From the NCBI GenBank assembly GCA_023150835.1, contig JAKLKB010000068.1, positions 1-33,044 on the forward strand: DNA of 33,044 nucleotides. Reading direction: 5' to 3'. Positions 1-8,080 of this stretch are shown in pieces. Source of the DNA: Myxococcota bacterium (GTDB lineage Bacteria; Myxococcota_C; UBA6777). The position numbers were made by a program, and so were the translations under genes. Under the pieces are notes generated by a model. That model made no database searches. It was not told where the DNA came from and saw nothing but the letters and a program-made list of their open reading frames with translations. Positions within the stretch are counted from its first letter, which is position 1. Each line of letters begins with the position of its first letter.

Positions 1-72
1 GCAGCGTCTGCATTTCGTGCATACAGCGTGCGTCATGAAAAAACAAAATCCCCGATGCTTCCGACTTTCGCT

Positions 73-108
73 CCCTCCCCTGTTCACGGGGGAGGGCGGG
101 GTGGGGGG
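73..108. repeat. G/C-run palindromic REP-like hairpin with GTTCAC centre
   Basis: CCCTCCCCTGTTCACGGGGGAGGG followed by G-runs. Related copies at 31206-31236 and 25524-25538 (partial). Confidence 0.7.
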
Positions 109-190
109 CTTTCCTCCGCTTCACCTAACGCCTATGGGGTGAACCCCCACAAAATCAACTAACAAGTCCAAAAAAACGGCATAACCTCGA

Positions 191-1072
191 TCAATCGGCA
201 GTTTCCGTCGGTGTGATCGTCTCGCCCAACAATCGGCGAACGGCGACACTCGCACACGCAAGACCAAAGGCTCCCGTCACAAAGCTGGCTGTTCCGTAGA
301 TCATCGCACGATTTTCGCAGGAGTGATGGTCATTTTTTCCCCCGGGACACACACAACGGAACCCCATCCCACCGTCATAATGCAGCTCTTGCGGCTCGCG
401 TACTGCTTCCGAAGAAAACACCGCTGTCACTCCAAACGGCCCTTTTTGCGGGAAATCGTACTTTTGCCGAAGGATCTTGCGCAGAGATTGAGCCAACGGA
501 TCGACCCGTGTATCGGCCAGATCGCCGATCTGGACCCGCGTGGGATCCATCCGCCCCGAAGCCCCCGTCGAAGACACCAGCGGGATCCCTCGTTGTACGC
601 ACTGCGCGATCAGATGGCACTTTGCCGTGATGTTGTCGATCGCATCCACCACCAAATCGACCGCATGACCGAACAGATCATCGGCATTGCTGGCCGAATA
701 AAACTGCTCGATCGCCACGATCTCAGCTTGCGGATTGATCAGCCGCAAGCGCTCCGCCAACACCGCCGCCTTGTAATGCCCGATCGTCCCCTTCATCGCT
801 TGCAGTTGCCGATTGCTGTTGGTGATACACACCCGATCAAAGTCCACAAGCACCACGCGACCGATCCCGCTGCGCACCAACGACTCCGCCGCAAACGAAC
901 CCACCCCACCCAAACCGATCACCATCACCGAAGCATCGAGCAATCGGCGCATCCCGCTGTCGCCCACCAACCGCCCCATGCGATCAAAACGGCGATGAAG
1001 CCGATATTCATCCTCGATCTCTTGCCCATCGCTCGGCAAAGAGAGCCTCTCTTCTTTGATGATCTCTGACAT
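191..1072 (-). CDS. tcdA: tRNA threonylcarbamoyladenosine dehydratase (ThiF/E1-like family)
   Basis: 293 aa. RFDR..RL, VIGLGGVGS nucleotide-binding loop, DFDRVCITNSNRQL, VVDAID, DPLA..LRK.LR and GTASFVTGAFGL match TcdA/CsdL. Confidence 0.9.
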   Translation of the reverse strand: MSEIIKEERLSLPSDGQEIEDEYRLHRRFDRMGRLVGDSGMRRLLDASVMVIGLGGVGSFAAESLVRSGIGRVVLVDFDRVCITNSNRQLQAMKGTIGHYKAAVLAERLRLINPQAEIVAIEQFYSASNADDLFGHAVDLVVDAIDNITAKCHLIAQCVQRGIPLVSSTGASGRMDPTRVQIGDLADTRVDPLAQSLRKILRQKYDFPQKGPFGVTAVFSSEAVREPQELHYDGGMGFRCVCPGGKNDHHSCENRAMIYGTASFVTGAFGLACASVAVRRLLGETITPTETAD

Positions 1073-1082
1073 CGATCTTGTC

Positions 1083-1898
1083 CTATCTCTCGGATTTACA
1101 CAACGAAAACAAGCGCTTCGTATTTTCCACTGTCTGCGCTTCTAGGTCTTGTAGCGTCACACCTCGCAAAAAGGCAAGCTCCGCAAGCACAAACCGCAGA
1201 TTCGCTGGCTCATTCCACACCATCTGCCCCACCAACGGCGCTGGTAACATATCGGGCGCATCCGTTTCACACAACAACCACTTCGCGTCAAGCATCTTCG
1301 CCGCATACCGCACCTTCCGCGCTTGCGGTTGCATCACCCCTCCCCCAAACGAGATCGACAACCCCAACGCCGTATAAGACTTCGCCACCTCAAAGCTTCC
1401 CGAAAAAGCATGCACCATCCCACCCGACGCAGGAATCCCATCACGGCGCAAGATCGACAAGATTTGTGCGTGTGCTTGAACCCCATGCAACACCACAGGC
1501 CAATCCAAGGCTCGTGCGATCGCCAACTGCTCCCGAAACGCCGACTCTTGCGCCACCCACGAGTCCTCCCCCACTCGCCGCGAATGATCCATCCCGATCT
1601 CTCCGACCCCCACCGCAATCCCCTCTTGCCTTCCCTGACGCAATGCCCCTTCCAACTGCCCGATCATCCGCCTCCACTCGCGCTCACCGCTCCGCGAAAC
1701 CACCCAAGGATGCACTCCGTACGTCACCACGATCCGTCCCCGCTCTCGCAATGCCAACGCCCGCTGACGCGCCCATCCCTCCGGCTCTACTCCCGCCACG
1801 ATCATCCCCTCCACTCCCGACAACCACGCCCGCTCCAACACTGCCTCCCGCGTCTCCTCGAACCTCCGATCGTCCACATGACAATGCGCGTCCCACAT
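1083..1898 (-). CDS. tatD: TatD family metal-dependent hydrolase/DNase
   Basis: DAHCH, GVHPW, VGEIGMD, VVLH, HAFSGS and ETDAP motifs. Ends 10 bp upstream of tcdA on the same strand, so probably an operon. Confidence 0.9.
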   Translation of the reverse strand: MWDAHCHVDDRRFEETREAVLERAWLSGVEGMIVAGVEPEGWARQRALALRERGRIVVTYGVHPWVVSRSGEREWRRMIGQLEGALRQGRQEGIAVGVGEIGMDHSRRVGEDSWVAQESAFREQLAIARALDWPVVLHGVQAHAQILSILRRDGIPASGGMVHAFSGSFEVAKSYTALGLSISFGGGVMQPQARKVRYAAKMLDAKWLLCETDAPDMLPAPLVGQMVWNEPANLRFVLAELAFLRGVTLQDLEAQTVENTKRLFSLCKSER

Positions 1899-2000
1899 CT
1901 CGACCTCCTTTGCTTTCTCTTGTTGACCACACGCAGCGTTTCACTATAGTGAAACCTTGCTTTCTTTCTGAGGGGTCCCGCAACATCCAAGAGCCGAACC

Positions 2001-4829
2001 ATGCGTTCTGATAAGCCTATCCCGTCACCGCGCCCGCACGAGGAGTCGACCTTCCAACACGCTCCCATCGACCAACTCGACCACGCGCTTGACGAATCCT
2101 CCGAACACCGACACTTTCCCACCCAAGAACGCCATCCCCCTCGCGGAACCCCTGTCGGTCGATACATCCTGCTTGAACCCGTATCCAGCGGCTCCGTCGG
2201 CACCGTCTACACCGCCTACGATCCCGAACTCGATCGCAAACTCGCCGTCAAACTCCTGCGCGTCGACCTCCATCATTACCAAGACCCCGCCGAAGCCGAA
2301 GTCCGCATCCAACGCGAAGCCCGCTCCATGGCCCGCCTCTCTCACCCCAACGTCGTCCAAGTCTATGACACGGGCCGCTTTGGCACGCAACACTTTATCG
2401 CCATGGAGTTCGTCTCAGGAAACCCCCTCAAACAATGGATGCAACAACCCCACTCCCTCCAAGAGATCCTTCAAGCCCTCCTCCAAGCTGGACGTGGACT
2501 CCAAGCCGCCCATGAAGCCGGCCTGATCCACCGCGACTTCAAACCCGCAAATGTCCTCCAACGCGAAGACGGCACCTTTTGCGTCGTCGACTTTGGCCTC
2601 GCACGCGGCAGCCTCCGTCAACCCAACAACAACGAACTCTCCACCACACCCAGCGGAAACTACGACGAGATCCCCGACGACTACAAACTCCTCGATCTCG
2701 ATATCTCGCTCACCGAACCCGGGCAGATCATGGGAACCCCAGCCTACATGGCTCCCGAACAACTCAACGGACAAGAAAGCGACGAACGCACCGACCAGTT
2801 CGCCTTTTGCGTCTCCCTCTACGAAGCCCTCTACGGCGAACGCCCTTTCTTCGGACATTCCCTCGAAGCCCGCACCCAAGCCCACCTCCAAGTCCAACAG
2901 ATCCGCAGCATCAAAGGATTTTCTGTCCCCAAATGGCTGCGCTCTCTCCTCCAACGCGGTCTCGCACCCCAACGCGAAGACCGCTTCCCCACCATGCGCC
3001 TCCTCCTCGACGAGATCGAGTCCAGCCTCCGACGACAACGCGAACACGATCGCTGGCGATGGCTCGCCTTGATCTGGCTCTTTCTCTTTGCTGTCGGACT
3101 CTCTTGGCTCGCCTTCCTCTCCCCTTCCTCTCCCTGCCAACAAGCCCACTCCCACACCCAAAAACTCTGGAACCCCACCACCCAACACGAGATCCGCACC
3201 GCTTTCCTCCAAACTCGCCTACACTACGCGCTCCCCACATGGGAACGCGCACAACAAGCCCTCTCCTCCTACGAAGACGCTTGGCGCAACCAATACACCG
3301 AAGCCTGCCAAGCCACTCACCTCCACAAAGAACAACCCCTCGCCTCCCTCGCTCTTCGCACCCAATGCCTCCATGATCGACTCCAACAATTCTCCTCTCT
3401 CGTCAGTCTATTTCGTAAAGCCGACTCCAAGATCGTCGAAGGCGCCATCCGTAGTATCTACCAACTCGATCCCCTCGACGAATGCAAAGATCTCCTCGCC
3501 CTCAAACGCACCAAACACCCCCTCCAAGACCCCAAAAGCCAACAAACCCTCCAACACCTTCACAAAGAACTTTCTGTCGTCAAAGCCCTCCATGATACGG
3601 GAAAAAGCAACGAAGCCTACGAAACATTGCTCTCTATCATACAACAAAGTCGCTCGATCTCTTATCCTCCCCTTCAAGCCGATATCCTCTACCGAAAAGC
3701 CACCCTCTTACACTTCCAAGGCAAAAACCAAGACGCCTTTGACACCGCACAACAAGCCCTCTGGATCGCCCTCCGACTCAACGATATCCGCCTCCAAGTC
3801 CTCCTTTATCTCGAACTCCACAGCATCGCCCAAGATCTCGCACGCTACCCAGATGCCGAACGCTTCGGCATGTACGCCGAATCTCTCTTGCCCCTACTCA
3901 AAGAACCCGCACTCATGCAACTCCGACTCGACCGCACTCGCGGCGTCATGGCCTTTTATCGCGGACAATACCCCCAAGCCCTCCAGATGTTCTTGCGCGC
4001 CTACAAAGCCGCCAACCGCCACCTCAACCCCACCCACCCCCAACGCGGACACATCCTCAACGCCCTCGGCGCTGCCTACCGCAAAAACAACCAACCCGAA
4101 CGCGCCATCCACTTTTACCAACGCGCCATCCACCTCACCACCCAAGCCCAAGGCCCCGACCACCCCTTCATCTCCACCATCGAAAACAACCTCGCCAACA
4201 TCTTTATGCAAAAACAACAACACCACAAAGCCCTCCAACTCCAAAAAAACGCCCTCCGACGCATCGACGGCATCGTCCCCGAAAGCCACTCCCTCTTCCT
4301 TTATCTTCTCGGCAACATGGGCATGACCTACACCGATCTCAAACGATGGAAACCTGCCAAACGCATGGTCTTTCGCGCCCACCAACTCATCCAAAAACAC
4401 CACAGCAAAGAACACCCTCGCCTCGCTGCAAGCTACAACCAGATCGGCTACTTTTACCTCGCCCAACGCCGCTACAAACGCGCCCTCCCTGCCTACCAAC
4501 ACGCTTCCGATATCTACAAAAAACGCTTCCCCAAACAAGGCCACCCACAACTCGCCGAAGCCTTATACGGACTCGCCGAAAGCCTCTTCTTTTCCCACCA
4601 ACACGAAGCCGCCAAACTCTCCGCTCTCCACGCTGAAGAACTCTTCGCACGCTTCAATATCCACGACCACTACCGCGTACGCAATCTTTTCTTGCTCGCT
4701 CACATCCACCACAAAGATCGTACACTCCGACCTCTCGCACGCCCTTTCGCGGAAAAAGCTCGCTCTTTCTATCCACACCTCCCACAAAAAGAGATCATCC
4801 CTGCGTACCTTCGCAACGTACCCCATTAA
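2001..4829 (+). CDS. Membrane Hanks-type Ser/Thr protein kinase with C-terminal TPR repeats
   Basis: AVK, HPNVV, HRDFKPANV, DFG and GTPAYMAPE. Hydrophobic segment WLALIWLFLFAVGLSWLAFL. TPR-like repeats (NALGAAY, NNLANIF, GNMGMTY, NQIGYFY). Confidence 0.92.
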   Translation: MRSDKPIPSPRPHEESTFQHAPIDQLDHALDESSEHRHFPTQERHPPRGTPVGRYILLEPVSSGSVGTVYTAYDPELDRKLAVKLLRVDLHHYQDPAEAEVRIQREARSMARLSHPNVVQVYDTGRFGTQHFIAMEFVSGNPLKQWMQQPHSLQEILQALLQAGRGLQAAHEAGLIHRDFKPANVLQREDGTFCVVDFGLARGSLRQPNNNELSTTPSGNYDEIPDDYKLLDLDISLTEPGQIMGTPAYMAPEQLNGQESDERTDQFAFCVSLYEALYGERPFFGHSLEARTQAHLQVQQIRSIKGFSVPKWLRSLLQRGLAPQREDRFPTMRLLLDEIESSLRRQREHDRWRWLALIWLFLFAVGLSWLAFLSPSSPCQQAHSHTQKLWNPTTQHEIRTAFLQTRLHYALPTWERAQQALSSYEDAWRNQYTEACQATHLHKEQPLASLALRTQCLHDRLQQFSSLVSLFRKADSKIVEGAIRSIYQLDPLDECKDLLALKRTKHPLQDPKSQQTLQHLHKELSVVKALHDTGKSNEAYETLLSIIQQSRSISYPPLQADILYRKATLLHFQGKNQDAFDTAQQALWIALRLNDIRLQVLLYLELHSIAQDLARYPDAERFGMYAESLLPLLKEPALMQLRLDRTRGVMAFYRGQYPQALQMFLRAYKAANRHLNPTHPQRGHILNALGAAYRKNNQPERAIHFYQRAIHLTTQAQGPDHPFISTIENNLANIFMQKQQHHKALQLQKNALRRIDGIVPESHSLFLYLLGNMGMTYTDLKRWKPAKRMVFRAHQLIQKHHSKEHPRLAASYNQIGYFYLAQRRYKRALPAYQHASDIYKKRFPKQGHPQLAEALYGLAESLFFSHQHEAAKLSALHAEELFARFNIHDHYRVRNLFLLAHIHHKDRTLRPLARPFAEKARSFYPHLPQKEIIPAYLRNVPH

Positions 4830-4864
4830 CCCTTCTCTCTCAGACTTCTTTAAGGAGTGTTCTC

Positions 4865-6037
4865 TTGAATACGATTCAACCTCAAGACTTTTTCCCAATG
4901 CTGCGCCAGATCCTCAGCCAACCTCCTTCTCCAAATGCGTGGCGCTCTCTACGCCGGCTCTTTGCGCTTTGGGCGGCTGGAGACGAAAAAGAACTCGGAC
5001 TCCAATACACACGCAACCACCTCCAGACATGGGACAACGATCTGCGCGTCACTTTCAAGATCGATCCCACCGATCCCTTCTGGACGCTCGCTCGGACGCT
5101 CGATATCAGCTATACCACCGATGCTTACACCTTCCAAGAATCGAACCTTGACGCTCAATCCCTTACTCACCTCACAGGCTTACGTATTCGGATCGATTAT
5201 TGGAATCAACTCTCTGCCTCGATGAAGAAAAAATGGAGCCATCTTCGGTCTCTCTCGCTCACGCACTGCGCACAACACTCCCGTCTCTCCTTCCAAGGCA
5301 CTGATCTCCCTCATCTTCAACGCCTCTCCCTTTCCCATTGCGATAAGCTCGAACACATCGACGATATCGAGCCGATCGCCCATCTCCAATCCCTCCGCTG
5401 CCAACGCTTGCTTCTTCTTCAACAAGCCTCTTTTCTCGCTCATCTACCCCAACTGCGCTCTCTTCACCTCCACATCCTTCCCAGTCTCCAAAGCCTCCAG
5501 CCTTTTTCTTTGTTGCCGCACCTTCAACACCTTTTCCTCGGGGGCTTCCAGACCATCCACGATCTCGCTCCCCTCGCGGCCCTCACTCAACTTCGCTCGC
5601 TTTTCCTCAGCGATACCAAGTTCATCCGCAGCCTTGAACCCCTCGTCGGTCTCCAACAACTCCGATCCCTCGAACTTCGCGGTGGACAGCGGCTCTCCGA
5701 ACTCGACATCGATCAACACCTCCCACAACTCCAACAACTCACCGCCCGTTCCGTCCCCAACATCCAACAAAAAACCATCCACAACACAACGCTTCGCGCT
5801 CTTTATCTCAGCCATCTCTACAAACTCCAAGTTCTCTCGATCTTCGATGCCCCACAACTCCAACACCTCACCCTCAAACACGCCCCTGCTCTCACCCGTT
5901 TCGAGCTCCATCACCTCCCCACCGAACTCTCGCACTTGTCCATTATCAACTCTCGCGATGGGCGTCTCGATGTCCAATCCAACCGACACCAAGAAACTCA
6001 AGAACACCTCCAACGCATCGCACGCATCGGCCTTTAG
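4865..6037 (+). CDS. Leucine-rich repeat protein
   Basis: Repeated LxxLxLxx units (LPHLQRLSLSHC, LPQLRSLHL, LTQLRSLFLS, LQQLRSLEL). TTG start preceded by TAAGGAG at 4851-4857. Confidence 0.82.
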   Translation: MNTIQPQDFFPMLRQILSQPPSPNAWRSLRRLFALWAAGDEKELGLQYTRNHLQTWDNDLRVTFKIDPTDPFWTLARTLDISYTTDAYTFQESNLDAQSLTHLTGLRIRIDYWNQLSASMKKKWSHLRSLSLTHCAQHSRLSFQGTDLPHLQRLSLSHCDKLEHIDDIEPIAHLQSLRCQRLLLLQQASFLAHLPQLRSLHLHILPSLQSLQPFSLLPHLQHLFLGGFQTIHDLAPLAALTQLRSLFLSDTKFIRSLEPLVGLQQLRSLELRGGQRLSELDIDQHLPQLQQLTARSVPNIQQKTIHNTTLRALYLSHLYKLQVLSIFDAPQLQHLTLKHAPALTRFELHHLPTELSHLSIINSRDGRLDVQSNRHQETQEHLQRIARIGL

Positions 6038-6056
6038 CGCACTCTGGAGCCCCACC

Positions 6057-7775
6057 ATGAACGCATCGCCTCCGCCTGATCTCGCCCAACTCTTCGCCGC
6101 CCCCCTACCCCTCAAAGAACGAGAGATCATTAGCTGCCTCAAAACCCTTCGATCTTTCACGCAAGATCTCCCCACCCACCGACAACACCCGCGCTACCAC
6201 GCCGTCTTACAAGCTGCGAAGCGCTTCTTGTCTGCCGTTGAACGCGCAGAACAAAACCCCCGACCCACCGCCTCCATCTCGGAATCCTCTTCCGAATCAT
6301 CCCGTCCATCCGATCTGTCCATCCACTCCGCAGACTCCCTCCAAACCGAAGATGCTTTGCTCTCCGATCCCTCCATTTCCATCGCCTCCGATCCCGCCCT
6401 TCCCTCCGATTCCGCTCTCCCCTTCGATTCCGCCCTTCCCTCGTCTGGCCAGACGGCTACATTTCGCATCTTACAGCGCCGCCACTGCTACGCTTGCAAA
6501 CAAGCGATGCTCCATCGTCATCCCCGATACGACGCCTTCTGTGTGCCGTGTGGAGAGATCAACTGGAACAAACGCCACCAAAGCGCCGATCTATCGGGAA
6601 GATGCGCAATCGTCACAGGTGGGCGCAGCAAGATCGGCTATGCCACCAGCCTCAAACTCTTGCGTGCAGGCGCAAAAGTCCTGATCACCACGCGCTTTCC
6701 AAAACATGCAGTCGAGCGCTTCGCCAAAGAGCACGACTTTGCCTACTGGCGCGAGCGTTTGATCGTCCACGGGATCGATCTGCGATCCTTCCCTGCCATC
6801 GCCGCTTTTACACAAGAAGTCCCCCATCTTTTTAATCGCCTCGATATCCTGATCAACAACGCCGCGCAGACCATCCGACGCCCCCCACGCTACTACCATC
6901 CGCTGATCGCTGCCGAAACCACTCCCTTCTCTTCGCCCGATCTATCCGAGATATTGAGTCCGTCTTCTCGCCAACACTACGACCTCTGCCGCCATCTTCC
7001 GCCACCGTTTGCATCCCCTCCAACCACCGCCATTTCCTCCGCTGCACGAACCGACACACCTCCCGAAATCCAACCGTCACAAACGTCGATCACGCCGTGG
7101 CTTCCGCCCACAGGCATCGCTTCTCTCGGCGAGATCGCCCCTGCATGGCGACAACACGCCTCGTTTCTTTCGGGCGTTCCCTTTCTCCCCGAAGACCTTC
7201 TCACAAGCTCCCAAGACTTCCCGACCGATCAGATCAACCGCTACGGCGAACTCGCTGATATGCGCGATCTCACCAGTTGGGAGATGGAGATCGATCAAGT
7301 CCATCCCTTCGAGCTTTTCGAGGTCCACACCATCAACGCGATGGCTCCTTTTTTGCTCATGCGCGACCTCCGCCCGTTGATGCTTCAAACTCCCGATCCC
7401 ATGCGCTTTATCGTCAACGTCACCTCCACCGAAGGCCAGTTCAGCAGCCTCAAAGACCCCCTCCGCACCACCCAAAAAGGCCCCCGCCACCCACACACCA
7501 ACATGACCAAAGCCGCGCTCAATATGCTCACCCTCTCAGGCGCAAACACCGATGCCAAGGTCGGGATCTTTCGTACTGCCGTCGATCCCGGGTGGGCCTC
7601 CATCGAAAATGGCCGTTCCATCCGCGAACAATGGTTTGCCCTCGGCATCGACTCACCACTGACCATCGAAGACGCCGCCGCCCGACTCTGTGATCCGATC
7701 TTCTCTCCGCTTCTCCACCAAACTCCCCCTCCCTACGGGGTCTTACTCAAAGATTTCCGCATCGTCCATTGGTGA
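6057..7775 (+). CDS. Short-chain dehydrogenase/reductase with N-terminal CxxC...CxxC motif
   Basis: VTGGRSKIG, LDILINNAAQT, IVNVTS, HPHTNMTKAALNM and AVDPGW. Start moved from the ORF-track 5634 to ATG 6057 (GGAG at 6046), which removes the overlap with the LRR gene. Confidence 0.85.
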   Translation: MNASPPPDLAQLFAAPLPLKEREIISCLKTLRSFTQDLPTHRQHPRYHAVLQAAKRFLSAVERAEQNPRPTASISESSSESSRPSDLSIHSADSLQTEDALLSDPSISIASDPALPSDSALPFDSALPSSGQTATFRILQRRHCYACKQAMLHRHPRYDAFCVPCGEINWNKRHQSADLSGRCAIVTGGRSKIGYATSLKLLRAGAKVLITTRFPKHAVERFAKEHDFAYWRERLIVHGIDLRSFPAIAAFTQEVPHLFNRLDILINNAAQTIRRPPRYYHPLIAAETTPFSSPDLSEILSPSSRQHYDLCRHLPPPFASPPTTAISSAARTDTPPEIQPSQTSITPWLPPTGIASLGEIAPAWRQHASFLSGVPFLPEDLLTSSQDFPTDQINRYGELADMRDLTSWEMEIDQVHPFELFEVHTINAMAPFLLMRDLRPLMLQTPDPMRFIVNVTSTEGQFSSLKDPLRTTQKGPRHPHTNMTKAALNMLTLSGANTDAKVGIFRTAVDPGWASIENGRSIREQWFALGIDSPLTIEDAAARLCDPIFSPLLHQTPPPYGVLLKDFRIVHW

Positions 7776-7783
7776 GAGGAGTG

Positions 7784-7897
7784 ATACGATATCCGCTCAT
7801 CGTGTGATCGTAAAACGTAGGGGCAGACAGGTGTGGCTGCCCGATAGCAGGGCATCTACGCACGATCCTTCGATCACACATCTTGCGGATCTCGTAT
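7784..7897 (+). repeat. Family B: TIR-bounded MITE/REP-like element, copy 1
   Basis: Left end ATACGATATCCGCTCATCGTGTGATCG and right end CGATCACACATCTTGCGGATCTCGTAT form an imperfect 27-bp inverted repeat. Internal GTAGGGGCAGACAGGTGTGGCTGCCC. Confidence 0.85.
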
Positions 7898-7908
7898 GAC
7901 TCGTTGCC

Positions 7909-8034
7909 AAAAAAGCCGTGTTCGTGAGCATTCAAGCGACAGGGTCGCTGTCTTGAGATATCTGTGGTCTCTTCGTTGATATGGGGTCAAGGGGCGGCAG
8001 TCTATGGCGGGGTATGGGGTAACACCCCACAAAA
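7909..8034 (+). repeat. Family A: ~125-bp dispersed hairpin element, copy 1
   Basis: AAAAGCCGTGTTCG...CAAGCGA...GATATGGGGTCAAGGGG...GGCGGGGTATGGGGTAACACCCCACAAAA. Confidence 0.85.
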
Positions 8035-8080
8035 CCCCATCGAACGGCCTAAGTCCACTGGCGATCGAGCCATTGCATGG

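Noticed and set aside
191-1898. ThiF plus TatD as an anti-phage system (E1-like enzyme plus nuclease)
   Set aside because: The ThiF protein has TcdA-specific motifs and normal length. No ubiquitin-like, E2, JAB, QueC or ATPase partners are present, so a housekeeping pair is more parsimonious.
5634-6056. N-terminal extension of the SDR
   Set aside because: It is a shifted-frame read-through of the LRR gene; the RBS supports ATG 6057.
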